From positions 580,456-644,455 of the forward strand of contig CBDEUH010000004.1 in the NCBI GenBank assembly GCA_965243255.1: a stretch of DNA of 64,000 nucleotides. The letters are read 5' to 3'. Shown piece after piece: positions 8,224 through 17,307 of the stretch. Below the pieces are notes generated by a model. The model saw nothing but the letters and a program-made list of their open reading frames with translations, did no database searches and was not told where the DNA came from. How positions within the stretch are numbered: position 1 is the stretch's first letter; each line of letters begins with the position of its first letter. The stretch comes from Dehalococcoidia bacterium. GTDB lineage: Bacteria > Chloroflexota > Dehalococcoidia > Lucifugimonadales > UBA3495. Made by a program: the position numbers and the translations under genes.

Positions 8224-8448
8224 GAGCGGTAATCAAGAGCAACAGGGTGGGTTGGTTTGACACTAGTAAGGGGCATTTTAGACTGCTGGCAGTTTTGAGC
8301 GAGGCCGGGGCGGCGGGCCGGCTTTTTTGAAGGTTATACCCCTTTCAGTTGATGAGAAATACCTGCGACTGGCTGACGTCGAGGGCAGCGAGGGAACGTC
8401 GCTGGGGATGCGCTGCGCCGACTGCGGCGTGGTGGTGTTCGGGCCGGC
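8224..8448 (+). repeat. imperfect direct repeat, upstream copy (DUF35 promoter region + first ~32 codons)
   Basis: Aligns by eye with 9457-9682 at roughly 85-90% identity. The repeat ends abruptly at 8448. Confidence 0.85.
8327..8448 (+). pseudogene. 5' fragment of a DUF35-type Zn-ribbon/OB-fold gene (duplicate of 9570..)
   Basis: Encodes ..IPLSVDEKYLRLADVEGSEGTSLGMRCADCGVVVFGP, then loses homology. The ATG of the intact copy is ATA here. Confidence 0.75.
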
Positions 8449-8823
8449 GTGGACGGTTTCATCAACTTCTTCGACGACAACAGCGGCAAGCCCAAACGCA
8501 TCATCGCCCAGGTCAAGAGCGGCCACGTCAATCGGGGGATGATTGCCACGCTGAAGGGCGACATGGAGCGGGAGAAAGCGGAGATTGGCGTGTTCGTCAC
8601 GCTGCAGCCGCCCACCGAGCCGATGCGGCAGGAGGCTGTGTCCGCCGGCATCTACACGCCGGAATACTTCCCGGACCAGCAGCATCCGCGGGTTCAGATT
8701 CTGACCATCGACGAGCTGCTGGCCGGCGCGAGCGTGTCGTATCCGCGCGGGGGTGCGCCGGCAACGTTCCGGCAGGCGCCGCGGAGGCGAAGGAGCGTGG
8801 GGCGGCAGGCTGGTTTGGTATAG
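8449..8823 (+). pseudogene. C-terminal restriction-endonuclease-like (Mrr-cat type) domain fragment of a DNA methyltransferase/REase
   Basis: VDGFINFFDD..KRIIAQVKSGHV..EREKAEIGVFVTLQPPT..YPRVQILTIDELL is colinear with the C-terminal domain seen on many N6/N4 DNA methylases. It begins exactly at the repeat boundary and has no N-terminal methylase part or credible start. Confidence 0.65.
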
Positions 8824-8873
8824 GGAGTGACAGAGGAGGGGTAACGGTATGGTGAGTTAGGCGTGGGAGTCGT

Positions 8874-9050
8874 TCACTGGACAGGCAGGGGCCGCTTGCG
8901 GATGTTAATCACCCAGAAGAGGCCGGGCCAGGTTATCGGGGCGGCGAGATTGTGAACGATAAGCTGAGCCGCTTCCGGCACGGTTACGGTTCGAGCGATG
9001 CGGAACAGGACGACACCGCAATGCGCTGGCAAACGTTCACGGAAGGTCAA
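8874..9050 (-). pseudogene. short ORF resembling the C-terminal half of a DUF5615 (PIN-like) toxin, probable remnant
   Basis: 58 codons (below the track threshold): (L/M)TFRERLPAHCGVVLFRIARTVTVPEAAQLIVHNLAAPITWPGLFWVINIRKRPLPVQ. Its TTG overlaps the DUF433 stop (TTGA). It is about half the usual family length. Confidence 0.35.
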
Positions 9051-9346
9051 GGTTCCGATTGGGAATTTCGACGTTTTTCGGCGTCCTGACGGTCTGCTTC
9101 GTCAAGTCGGGCCATGAACTCGTACCAATCGACGTTGGTCAGGGGAGCGCCTGTGGCGGCGTAGAGGCGACAGGCCTCGATGTCATCGGTGGTCAAGAAA
9201 GGCCAACTGTTCAGGATATCCTCTTCCGTCCATACACCACCGTCGAGGAGGTCCATTATCTGCTCTACGGAGATTCGCATACCGCGTATGGTTGGTTTGC
9301 CGGCGAGGATTTGTGGGTCTTTGGTGATGCGGTCCAGCAAGTCCAT
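9047..9346 (-). CDS. DUF433 domain protein (antitoxin-like)
   Basis: 99 aa. ITKDPQILAGKPTIRGMRISVEQI is the DUF433 core. Confidence 0.8.
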   Translation of the reverse strand: MDLLDRITKDPQILAGKPTIRGMRISVEQIMDLLDGGVWTEEDILNSWPFLTTDDIEACRLYAATGAPLTNVDWYEFMARLDEADRQDAEKRRNSQSEP

Positions 9347-9456
9347 GACGATTGCGACCTCCGTGAGTAAGTACGATGCGTTGCTGCGTTGCGTGCCTTG
9401 ATTATAGCATCGTGGTCAGGGACGCCGGGGTGGCAATCCTTCGACGGGGTCAGGAA

Positions 9457-9682
9457 GAGCGGTGGTCGGGAGCGACGGGGCGGGGTTTGGTTTGACACTG
9501 GTAGAGGGGCGTTTTAGACTGCTGCCAGTTTTGGGCGACGCCGGCGTTGGGCCGGCTTTTGTGAAGGTTATGCCCCTTTCGGTTGATGAAAAATGCCTGC
9601 GTCTGGCTGATGCCGAGGGCAGCGCGGGAACGCTGCTTGGAATGCGCTGCGCCGACTGCGGCGTGGTGGTGTTCGGTCCGGC
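9457..9682 (+). repeat. imperfect direct repeat, downstream (functional) copy
   Basis: Partner of 8224-8448. Contains the promoter region and 5' end of the intact DUF35 gene. Confidence 0.85.
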
Positions 9683-9986
9683 CACGTTCTGCCAGTCGTG
9701 TTCGTCGCAGCGGTTGGAAGAGGTTGAGCTGAGCGGCCAGGGTATGCTGTACAGCTATACCATCGTGCGGGTGCCGCCGTCGGGCTGGCCGGGGCCGGTG
9801 CCCTACGTGCTGGGCGAAGTGGAACTGCCGGAGGGGCCCCACGTGCTGGCCGAGGTGGTGGATTGCGCTCACGATGCCTTACGGGTGGGAATGGCGATGA
9901 CGCTGGCTTTGCAAGCGGTGGCCATGCCGGGAGTGGAGGGGTCGGAACGGATGGTGTACAAGTGGCGGCCGGTATCAGGAGGATAG
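9570..9986 (+). CDS. Zn-ribbon / OB-fold protein (DUF35 family), thiolase partner
   Basis: Has a C-x2-C...C-x2-C ribbon (CADCGVVVFGPATFCQSC) followed by an OB-fold region. Start is ATG 9570 (GTG 9561 is an alternative). A thiolase gene follows immediately, which is the usual pairing. Confidence 0.8.
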   Translation: MPLSVDEKCLRLADAEGSAGTLLGMRCADCGVVVFGPATFCQSCSSQRLEEVELSGQGMLYSYTIVRVPPSGWPGPVPYVLGEVELPEGPHVLAEVVDCAHDALRVGMAMTLALQAVAMPGVEGSERMVYKWRPVSGG

Positions 9987-9987
9987 G

Positions 9988-11142
9988 ATGACGCAGTTTC
10001 GGGCGGGCCGCGAGGTCTATGTGATTGGCGTGGGCCTGCATCCCTTTGGACGGTTTCCGGAGCAGAGCCTGTCGGACCTGGCGCGGGACGCCGTGGTGGA
10101 CGCGCTGCGGGATTCGGGCGTGCCCTGGCCGGCGATTCCGGTAGCCTACTTCGGACACGTCTATTATCACGGGATGTCGGTGGGCGAGACGACACTGGCG
10201 CAACTGGGGCTGACCGGAGTGCCCATCATCAACGTGGAGAATGCCTGCTCCAGCGGCTCCACGGCGTTCTGGCAGGCGTATTGGGGCATCACGTCGGGAG
10301 TGTTCGACCTGGCGCTGTCCTTCGGCGCTGAAAAGGTCCCCGGCGGGCCGGTTACGGTTACGGCGGAGAACAGTCCGGCCCGCTACATCGGCGGCGACCA
10401 CATGATGGCCGGCTACGCGCTGCGGATGACACGATACATGGAGGAGACCGGCGCGCCGGCGTCGGCGCTGGCGCAGGTTACGGTTAAGGCGCGGCAGGCG
10501 GCGTCGCTGAACCCGTTCGCCCATCGCAAGGAAACCTACTCGGTGGAGGACGTGCTGAATTCCCGGCTCATCGCCGACCCGCTGACGCTTTACCAGTGCT
10601 GCCCGACCAGCGAGGGGGGAGCCGCCGCGGTGCTGTGCGCCGGCGACGCGCTGGACAGCTACGGCATCGACCGGAGCCGGGCCATCCGCATCGCCGCGGC
10701 TGCGCTCACGTCCGGCAACTACAACGGACGGGGCAGCGACCATTCGGCGTTCAGTCCCTACCGCACCGAGCCGGCGGCGTTGCAGGCTTACGAGATGGCC
10801 GGCATCGGGCCGGAGGAGGTGGACCTGGTGCAGGTTCACGACGCGGCCACCATCGGCGAGCTGCAGCAGGTTGAGGCGCTGCACCTGTTCCCGTATGGGG
10901 AGGCCTGGCGGGCCACGGCGGAGGGCAGGACGGCCCTGGGCGGAGATTTGCCGGTGAACACCGACGGCGGGCTGCTGGCCATGGGCCATCCCTTCGGGGC
11001 GACGGGCATCCGACAGGTTCACGAGACGGTTACGCAGCTGCGGGGCGAGGCCGGCCCGCGGCAGGTGGAGGGCGCCCGGGTCGGCGTGGCCCAGTGCTCC
11101 GGCGCCGGGGACGTTACCACGGTGCACATCCTGACGCGTTAG
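9988..11142 (+). CDS. thiolase-like protein (SCP-x/lipid-transfer type acetyl-CoA acyltransferase)
   Basis: 384 aa. Has the NACSSGSTAF active-site Cys region and a C-terminal GHPFGATG motif. Confidence 0.85.
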   Translation: MTQFRAGREVYVIGVGLHPFGRFPEQSLSDLARDAVVDALRDSGVPWPAIPVAYFGHVYYHGMSVGETTLAQLGLTGVPIINVENACSSGSTAFWQAYWGITSGVFDLALSFGAEKVPGGPVTVTAENSPARYIGGDHMMAGYALRMTRYMEETGAPASALAQVTVKARQAASLNPFAHRKETYSVEDVLNSRLIADPLTLYQCCPTSEGGAAAVLCAGDALDSYGIDRSRAIRIAAAALTSGNYNGRGSDHSAFSPYRTEPAALQAYEMAGIGPEEVDLVQVHDAATIGELQQVEALHLFPYGEAWRATAEGRTALGGDLPVNTDGGLLAMGHPFGATGIRQVHETVTQLRGEAGPRQVEGARVGVAQCSGAGDVTTVHILTR

Positions 11143-11209
11143 GGTGGATGGTTCGACAGGCTCACCATGAGCGGCTCAGCGGTTGCGTGAGCGGGTTGGC
11201 GGGTGCACG

Positions 11210-11494
11210 ATGGCCAACTACCTGATAATGGCGGCGATGAAGGGCCGGTTCATGTCGGAGCAGGGGAACCTGTACGACAATTTCCAGATGCTGGGCTACA
11301 TGGAGGGAGGGTCGCCCTTCGACGCGGTGGCGGCGTTCTTTGACCAGCCCAAGTTTCCCATCGTGTGGGCCGACGTGGAGTATATGTGGGCTGAGCGGCT
11401 GACCGACGACCCGGAGAACGGGCATCACGGCGAATACGAGCGGGTGTACATCGCCGCCCTGCGGGAGCGCTGGGAGGGCGGCTCGCGGAACTAG
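11210..11494 (+). CDS. hypothetical protein
   Basis: The ORF has host-like codon bias. No family was recognised, and the start (ATG 11210 vs 11183) is uncertain. Confidence 0.5.
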   Translation: MANYLIMAAMKGRFMSEQGNLYDNFQMLGYMEGGSPFDAVAAFFDQPKFPIVWADVEYMWAERLTDDPENGHHGEYERVYIAALRERWEGGSRN

Positions 11495-11551
11495 AGTCCA
11501 CCCGTCTCCACAGATGTGCTATGATGACCAAAATGGAGCCGAGGATCCAAC

Positions 11552-11773
11552 ATGACCACAACGCAGCCCAGCACCCCCGACGTTTTGCGTGAAGCTGCCG
11601 AAGCTCACGGGCAAGCCGGGCGCGCCTTTGCGGCGGCGTCTGCTTCGCTGCATAGTTTGGCGGTGTCTGCGGAGGCTGCTCGCGTTGCAGTTGACACCGC
11701 GTCCAACGCCTTTATCCGTGCTGAGGCTGCCCTAATTCGCGCTGCCGAAGCGCTGGAAGCGTCCGCCAACTGA
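11552..11773 (+). CDS. small Ala-rich hypothetical protein
   Basis: 73 aa, predicted helical. GGAG lies ~13 nt upstream. No family recognised. Confidence 0.4.
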   Translation: MTTTQPSTPDVLREAAEAHGQAGRAFAAASASLHSLAVSAEAARVAVDTASNAFIRAEAALIRAAEALEASAN

Positions 11774-11797
11774 GGGCGATTACAGCAGTTGGGTTGG

Positions 11798-12580
11798 TTA
11801 CACGCTGGCTGCCTTGTTGCGGAGGCGGGTGAAGTCGGTGCGGAAGCCCTCGGCCAGGGCGCGGCGGTCGGTGCCGTGAAGGACGAAGCGAGCGCCCTGC
11901 TCAATCCAGTATTCGGAGAGTTCAGGGGTCTGGTGGTGCACCAGGGTAGGCAGGCCGCGGGCCTCACACTTGTCTATGATGCCCTTGACGGTGGTTTTGT
12001 ACACTTCCTGGTCGTAGTCGTCCGGGACGCCCAGGGAGATGCTCATGTCGTTGGGCCCGACGAAGATGGCGTCGATGTGGGGAACGTCCAGGATGGCGTC
12101 CAGGTTGTCCACGGCGGCCTGGCTTTCAATGCCGACGATGCAGATGTTGTCGCGGTTGCGGTTCTCCAGGTAAGCGCGGCTGGCGTCGCTGGGCAGCTGG
12201 TCGGACTCCAGGGCCTGCTCGGCGGCTGCGCCCTTGAGGGGGCGGAACTTGGCGGCCTTGACGACCTCGCGCACCTGCTCGACAGTTTCGCAGTAGGGGG
12301 CCAGGATGCCCTGCGCGCCGGCGTCGATGGCCATGGTTACGTAGTGAGAGTCGGGAATGGGGATGCGCACGATGGGCACCACGCTGATGGTGTTGAACAT
12401 GGTCAGATAGTCGCCCAACTCGCCGCGGCTGCGGGGGCTGTGCTCGGTGTCGATGATGACGTAGTCCAGGCCGACGTCGTCCAGGATGGGTATCCAGCGC
12501 GGGCTGCGGTTGATGCTGATCATGGTGCCGAAGATACGGCCACCTTCTTGCAGGGTCTTTTTGAGGTCTGCGCCGCTCAT
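11798..12580 (-). CDS. HpcH/HpaI family aldolase
   Basis: The inner start MSGADLKK.. gives ~260 aa. VIIDTEHSP and GPNDMSISLG motifs are typical of 2-keto-3-deoxy-acid aldolases. Confidence 0.8.
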   Translation of the reverse strand: MSGADLKKTLQEGGRIFGTMISINRSPRWIPILDDVGLDYVIIDTEHSPRSRGELGDYLTMFNTISVVPIVRIPIPDSHYVTMAIDAGAQGILAPYCETVEQVREVVKAAKFRPLKGAAAEQALESDQLPSDASRAYLENRNRDNICIVGIESQAAVDNLDAILDVPHIDAIFVGPNDMSISLGVPDDYDQEVYKTTVKGIIDKCEARGLPTLVHHQTPELSEYWIEQGARFVLHGTDRRALAEGFRTDFTRLRNKAASV

Positions 12581-12652
12581 TGGGGTGTGGGCTCCTTGCG
12601 GGGGATGGAGTGAGTATAGCACGGGGTAGTGTGCTACACTGGCGCAGTTGCA

Positions 12653-13825
12653 ATGGCCGGACAAGCCTTGTTCGGGGAACAGGAAAGTCGTTTGCCGAAT
12701 CAGTATCGTTATATCAGCAACCAGGATGAATGGGACGCCGTGGCGGCGGATTTGGGCGCCGCGCCTCGGCTGGCGTTGGACACGGAGCGCAACGGACGCT
12801 TCGCCTACCGGGAACGCATCTGCCTGATTCAGATTTCAGACGGACGTGAGACGTATCTGCTGGACCCGCTGGGAGTGGACGACCTGGCGGCGCTGGGGCG
12901 GATTCTGGCAGACGAGTCGGTGGTCAAGGCGCTGCACGGCAGCGAGGAGGACATCCGGTTTTTTGACCGGGACTTCGGTTTTCCCATCCGCAACCTGTTT
13001 GACACGGGGATGGCGGCGCGTTTCCTGGGAGTGGCCCGTCCGAACCTGGGCGCGGTGCTGGAAGAGTTTTGCGGCGTGCGCATCGCCAAGGACCCCAAGT
13101 TGCAGGTGTCGCACTGGGGGCTGCGTCCGCTGTCGGGGCCGGCGCTGGACTACGCCGCCGGAGACGTGCGGTATCTGCTGCCGCTGGTGGACGAGTTGGA
13201 GTATCGGCTGACGAAGGCCGGACGCGCTGATTGGGTGCGGGAGGAATGCCGGCGAATGGAGGCGCTCCGTTTTCCTGCCGAGGAGCCGTTGGCGACCGCC
13301 TTCCGAAGGGTGAAAGGTTGGGACTCGCTGCATCCGAGGGAGATTGCGGTTTTAAGGGAGCTGTACGTCTTTCGGGATGACAAAGCCTGCGTGTGGGACG
13401 TGCCGGCGGGACAGGCGGCCAGCAACAACGATCTGCTGACGCTGGCGCAGTCGGACGGCGTGGTGCCCCGCGGCGTGGGCGGGATGCTGGCCGGCCGCTG
13501 TTTTGGCGAGCTGATGGAGGCCATCCAGCGGGGGATGGACGGGCCCGAGGAGGCCAAACCGCCCAGGCCGGACTCGGCCGATTCATGGACACCGGAACGC
13601 AGGGAGCGGTTGAAGACGCTGAAACGATGGCGGACCAGTCTGGCGGACGAGCTGGAGCTGGCGGTGAGCCACGTCTGGCCGACGCCGAGCCTGGAACGGC
13701 TGGCCCTGCGTCCGGGAGACCTGGATTACGAGCTGGCCGGCGGGTACGGAGAAGTGAGGCGGTGGCAACGGGACGAGTTCGGCGATTCCTTGACGGCGTT
13801 GGTGAGCGTCGCCGGGTCGCCATAG
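12653..13825 (+). CDS. rnd: ribonuclease D (3'-5' exonuclease + HRDC)
   Basis: Has a DEDD exonuclease core (LALDTE..., ICLIQIS, HGSEEDI, YAAGDVRYL). Confidence 0.8.
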   Translation: MAGQALFGEQESRLPNQYRYISNQDEWDAVAADLGAAPRLALDTERNGRFAYRERICLIQISDGRETYLLDPLGVDDLAALGRILADESVVKALHGSEEDIRFFDRDFGFPIRNLFDTGMAARFLGVARPNLGAVLEEFCGVRIAKDPKLQVSHWGLRPLSGPALDYAAGDVRYLLPLVDELEYRLTKAGRADWVREECRRMEALRFPAEEPLATAFRRVKGWDSLHPREIAVLRELYVFRDDKACVWDVPAGQAASNNDLLTLAQSDGVVPRGVGGMLAGRCFGELMEAIQRGMDGPEEAKPPRPDSADSWTPERRERLKTLKRWRTSLADELELAVSHVWPTPSLERLALRPGDLDYELAGGYGEVRRWQRDEFGDSLTALVSVAGSP

Positions 13826-13870
13826 GGCGGGATAGTCCGGTGATGGCGTCGTGCGCGGGAAGCAGGCCGG

Positions 13871-15655
13871 ATGGATGAGGCCGTAGTATTCGGGGTCCTG
13901 GTTCTCTCCCTGGCGCTGTTTGTGATTGGCAAGTGGCGCTACGACATCGTTGCCGTTCTGGCCCTGCTGGTGCTGACCATCGCCGGCATCGTGCCGGCGG
14001 CGGAGGCGTACCAGGGCTTCGGACACCCGGCAGTGATCACCGTAGCCGCGGTGTTGATTCTGAGCCGGGCCTTGTATGACTCCGGCGTGGTGGACGTGAT
14101 TGCCGACTGGTATTCCCGAGTGCCCCGCTACGTTACCGCCCGCATCGTGGCGCTCACCGGCATCACGGCGTTTTTCTCGGCGTTCATGAACAACGTGGGA
14201 GCGGTGAGCCTGCTGATGCCGGTGGCCATCCGGGTGTCGAACCGGAGCCAGCATCCGCCTTCGCGCTACCTGATGCCGCTGGCCTTCGCGTCGCTGCTGG
14301 GCGGGATGACCACGTTGATCGGCACGCCGCCGAACGTGATTATCTCCAACTTTCGCCAGGAGCATACCGGCGTAGCGTTTCAGATGTTTGACTTCGGGCC
14401 GGTTGGGCTGGCGGTGACGGCGGCCGGAGCGCTGTTTATAGCAGTGGTCGGGTGGCGCCTGATTCCGACCAGACAGACGCCCGCTACGTTGGGCGAGGCG
14501 CTGGACATCGAAAGCTACATGACGGAAGTGCGAGTGCCGGAGGGCTCGCGATTCGCCGGAGGGCTGCTGCGGGACCTGGAGGAGTTTGTTGACGACGACG
14601 TGGCCATCGCCGGACTGATTCACCGGGGAGTGGTGTACGCCGCGCCGTCCAGTTACCAGATAATCGATGCCAACGACGTGCTCATCATTGAGGCCGACCC
14701 TGAAGACTTCCGCGCCTTTATCGACCAGACGGGGTTTGAGCTGGAGGGGTCGCGAGACGTTGAGTCCGAGATAGGCCAGACGCTGGGCGCGGAGGACACC
14801 GCCCTGGTGGAGGTGGTGGTGAGCCCGGAAAGCGAAGCGCAGGGCAGCAGCGCCCGGGACCTCCGTCTGCACTCTGAGTACGGCGTGAACCTGCTGGGCG
14901 TGTCCCGGCGGGGCACGGGGTTCATCCACCGGCTCAGCCATATCAACTTCCGCGTCGGCGACGTGCTGCTGATTCACGGCAAGGAGGAGATGGTGCAGAG
15001 CGCGCTGCCCAGGCTGGGCCTTCTGCCCCTGGCCGAGCGGGAGCTGCGGATTGGACAACGCCGACGCCTCTTCTTTCCCATCGCCGTATTCGCCGGGGCC
15101 CTGCTGCTGACGTCCTTCGGCGTTTTGTCGGTGCAGGTGTCCTTCGTGGCTGCGGTGGTGGTCCTGCTGGTTACCGGATTTGTCTCGCTGCGGGCAGCCT
15201 ACCAGGCGATAGACTGGCCGGTGATTGTTTTGCTGGGCGCGATGATACCCGTGGGCGAGGCGCTGGAAACCACCGGCGGCGCGGCGCGCATTGCCGCAAG
15301 TCTGGCGGACCTGGGCGGCTTCCTGCCAGCCTGGGCGATGCTGGGAGTTGTGCTGGTGGCGACAACGCTGCTGTCCGCCGTGATCAACAACGCCGCCGCG
15401 GTGATACTGATGGCCCCCATCGGCGTCGGCGTGGCGGAGACCATGGGAGCGTCCATGGACCCGTTCCTGATGGCGGTGGCCATCGGAGGGTCGTCCGCGT
15501 TCCTGACGCCAATCGGCCACCAGTCCAACACCATCGTGCTGGGGCCCGGAGGGTACCGGTTCGCCGACTACCTGAGGATGGGCTTCCCGCTGGAAATAGT
15601 GATAGTGACGGTGGCCATACCTGCCATCATGTGGGCCTGGCCCATGGGGATTTAG
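13871..15655 (+). CDS. SLC13/DASS-family permease with two central TrkA-C domains
   Basis: 594 aa. Hydrophobic N- and C-terminal halves flank a soluble ~200-aa insert with TrkA-C-like repeats. Confidence 0.8.
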   Translation: MDEAVVFGVLVLSLALFVIGKWRYDIVAVLALLVLTIAGIVPAAEAYQGFGHPAVITVAAVLILSRALYDSGVVDVIADWYSRVPRYVTARIVALTGITAFFSAFMNNVGAVSLLMPVAIRVSNRSQHPPSRYLMPLAFASLLGGMTTLIGTPPNVIISNFRQEHTGVAFQMFDFGPVGLAVTAAGALFIAVVGWRLIPTRQTPATLGEALDIESYMTEVRVPEGSRFAGGLLRDLEEFVDDDVAIAGLIHRGVVYAAPSSYQIIDANDVLIIEADPEDFRAFIDQTGFELEGSRDVESEIGQTLGAEDTALVEVVVSPESEAQGSSARDLRLHSEYGVNLLGVSRRGTGFIHRLSHINFRVGDVLLIHGKEEMVQSALPRLGLLPLAERELRIGQRRRLFFPIAVFAGALLLTSFGVLSVQVSFVAAVVVLLVTGFVSLRAAYQAIDWPVIVLLGAMIPVGEALETTGGAARIAASLADLGGFLPAWAMLGVVLVATTLLSAVINNAAAVILMAPIGVGVAETMGASMDPFLMAVAIGGSSAFLTPIGHQSNTIVLGPGGYRFADYLRMGFPLEIVIVTVAIPAIMWAWPMGI

Positions 15656-15662
15656 GGCCGGG

Positions 15663-16754
15663 CTACGCGCCGTAGGTCATCAACTCTTCGCAGAAGCGGG
15701 CGGTGTTCACGAGGTCGGGGATGACGACATACTCGTCGATGGTGTGCATCAGGTTGGTGGCCATTCCCACTACGATGCTCTCAATGCCGTTGAGCCGGAA
15801 CACGTTGCCGTCAGTGCCGCCGCCGGAGGGTTTGATGTTGGGTTGCAGGCCCATGTCCCGCATCACGCGCATGACCAGCTGCGCGGTAGCCTCGCTGGGG
15901 TCCAGGCGGTACATCTGGAACATCATCTCCAGGTTTTGGGTGATTTGGGCGTCTCCGTGGCGGGCGCGAACTTTGTCAAGAGTCGTGAGCAGCTGCATTC
16001 GCAGGAGTTCCAGTGATTCCATGTTCATGCTGCGGAACTCGCCGGTGATGGAGGCTTCGGAGGGTACGGCGTTGCGGACGGTACCGCCGGTGATGGTGGC
16101 CACGTTGAAGGTGGTTTCTTCGTCGATGCGACCCTGGGGCAACTCGGCGATCAGCTCGCTGGCGATGCGGATGGCGGAGAGACCCTTTTCCGGCTCGACG
16201 CCGGCGTGGGCGCCCCGGCCGGCTATGTTGATGTCAAAGGCCATGTAGGTGGGGCTGGCGCCGGTGATGGTGTTGACCGGGCCGTTGCCGTCGAATACCA
16301 CGGCTTCGGTGCCGCGCAGCATCGCAAAATCTAGATTGGACGCGCCCACCAGCCCGATCTCCTCGCCGCGGGTGAGCACCACTTCCAGCGGGCGACGGGG
16401 CCGGCCGTCTTCCTTGACCGCCTCCAGGGCCTCCAGGATGGCAGCCACGCCGGCCTTGCAGTCTCCGCCGAGAATGGTGTTGCCGTCGGAGGTAATGCGC
16501 TCGCCGACCAACTGGGGACGGATGCTGCGCCCAGGGTCAACGGTATCCATGTGCGCGGAGAGAATCAGGGGACGAACCGAAGGCGGTCCGTCCTCCCGGG
16601 CGATGACGTTGCCGTGGTCGTCCCGGGCGACCTGGAAGCCCAGCTTGGCCAGGCGGTCGGAAACGTGGAGGGCAACGTCCCACTCTTCGCCTGAGGGGCT
16701 GTCGATTCGCACCAGGTCGCAAAAATCGTTGATCATTCGTTCCTGATTGGGCAT
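15663..16754 (-). CDS. M20-family metallopeptidase (peptidase T-like)
   Basis: 363 aa. LSAHMDTV, GGDCKAG and TRGEEIGLVG metal/catalytic motifs. Confidence 0.8.
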   Translation of the reverse strand: MPNQERMINDFCDLVRIDSPSGEEWDVALHVSDRLAKLGFQVARDDHGNVIAREDGPPSVRPLILSAHMDTVDPGRSIRPQLVGERITSDGNTILGGDCKAGVAAILEALEAVKEDGRPRRPLEVVLTRGEEIGLVGASNLDFAMLRGTEAVVFDGNGPVNTITGASPTYMAFDINIAGRGAHAGVEPEKGLSAIRIASELIAELPQGRIDEETTFNVATITGGTVRNAVPSEASITGEFRSMNMESLELLRMQLLTTLDKVRARHGDAQITQNLEMMFQMYRLDPSEATAQLVMRVMRDMGLQPNIKPSGGGTDGNVFRLNGIESIVVGMATNLMHTIDEYVVIPDLVNTARFCEELMTYGA

Positions 16755-16822
16755 CGGGCACCTCGCGGGGTTGGGGCGGTTAGGTTGCCTATTATAGCGC
16801 AGGTTATTAGAATCAACTGGTT

Positions 16823-17281
16823 ATGGATAAGGCGTTGGAAATCCGAGTTGCCCAGGCGTCGGACGCGGCCACGATAGCCGAGTTCAATGCGGCGATGGCC
16901 CTGGAATCCGAAGGCGTGGCGCTGGACATGGACGTGCTGACGGCCGGCGTGCGGGCGGCGCTGGCCGATTCCGGCCGGGCGTTTTATCTGCTGGGCAAAG
17001 TGGCCGGAAACCCGGCCGGTCAGCTGATGGTAACTTACGAATGGAGCGACTGGCGCAACGGGTGGATCTGGTGGGTGCAGTCGGTTTATGTCAAGCCTGA
17101 ATACAGGCGGCAGGGGGTTTATCGCCGTCTGTACCGCCACCTGGAGGCGATGGCTGCCAAGCAGGGCGACGTTCGTGGGATTCGGCTGTACGTGATGCGG
17201 GACAACACCGGCGCCAAGCGTACTTACGAATCGCTGGGGATGCACCATTCGGAATACGATCTGTACGAGACGGAATTCTAG
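16823..17281 (+). CDS. GNAT family N-acetyltransferase
   Basis: 152 aa. Has an acetyl-CoA-binding R-R-Q-G-V segment (YRRQGVYRRLY). Confidence 0.8.
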   Translation: MDKALEIRVAQASDAATIAEFNAAMALESEGVALDMDVLTAGVRAALADSGRAFYLLGKVAGNPAGQLMVTYEWSDWRNGWIWWVQSVYVKPEYRRQGVYRRLYRHLEAMAAKQGDVRGIRLYVMRDNTGAKRTYESLGMHHSEYDLYETEF

Positions 17282-17307
17282 CCAGAGGAGGTTGACCGGG
17301 TCGCATT

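Larger units (their letters stand above)
5856..9490. mobile_element. composite accessory tract (at least two degraded insertions) between the acyl-CoA ligase and the DUF35/thiolase operon
   Basis: Contains lower-GC genes (Doc TA, DUF3644), gene remnants and an imperfect ~225-bp direct repeat of the DUF35 promoter and 5' end (8224-8448 vs 9457-9682). A short core GGGG(T/C)GGGGTTTGG recurs at 5856, ~8245 and 9477. No integrase is present. The left boundary is tentative. Confidence 0.6.
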
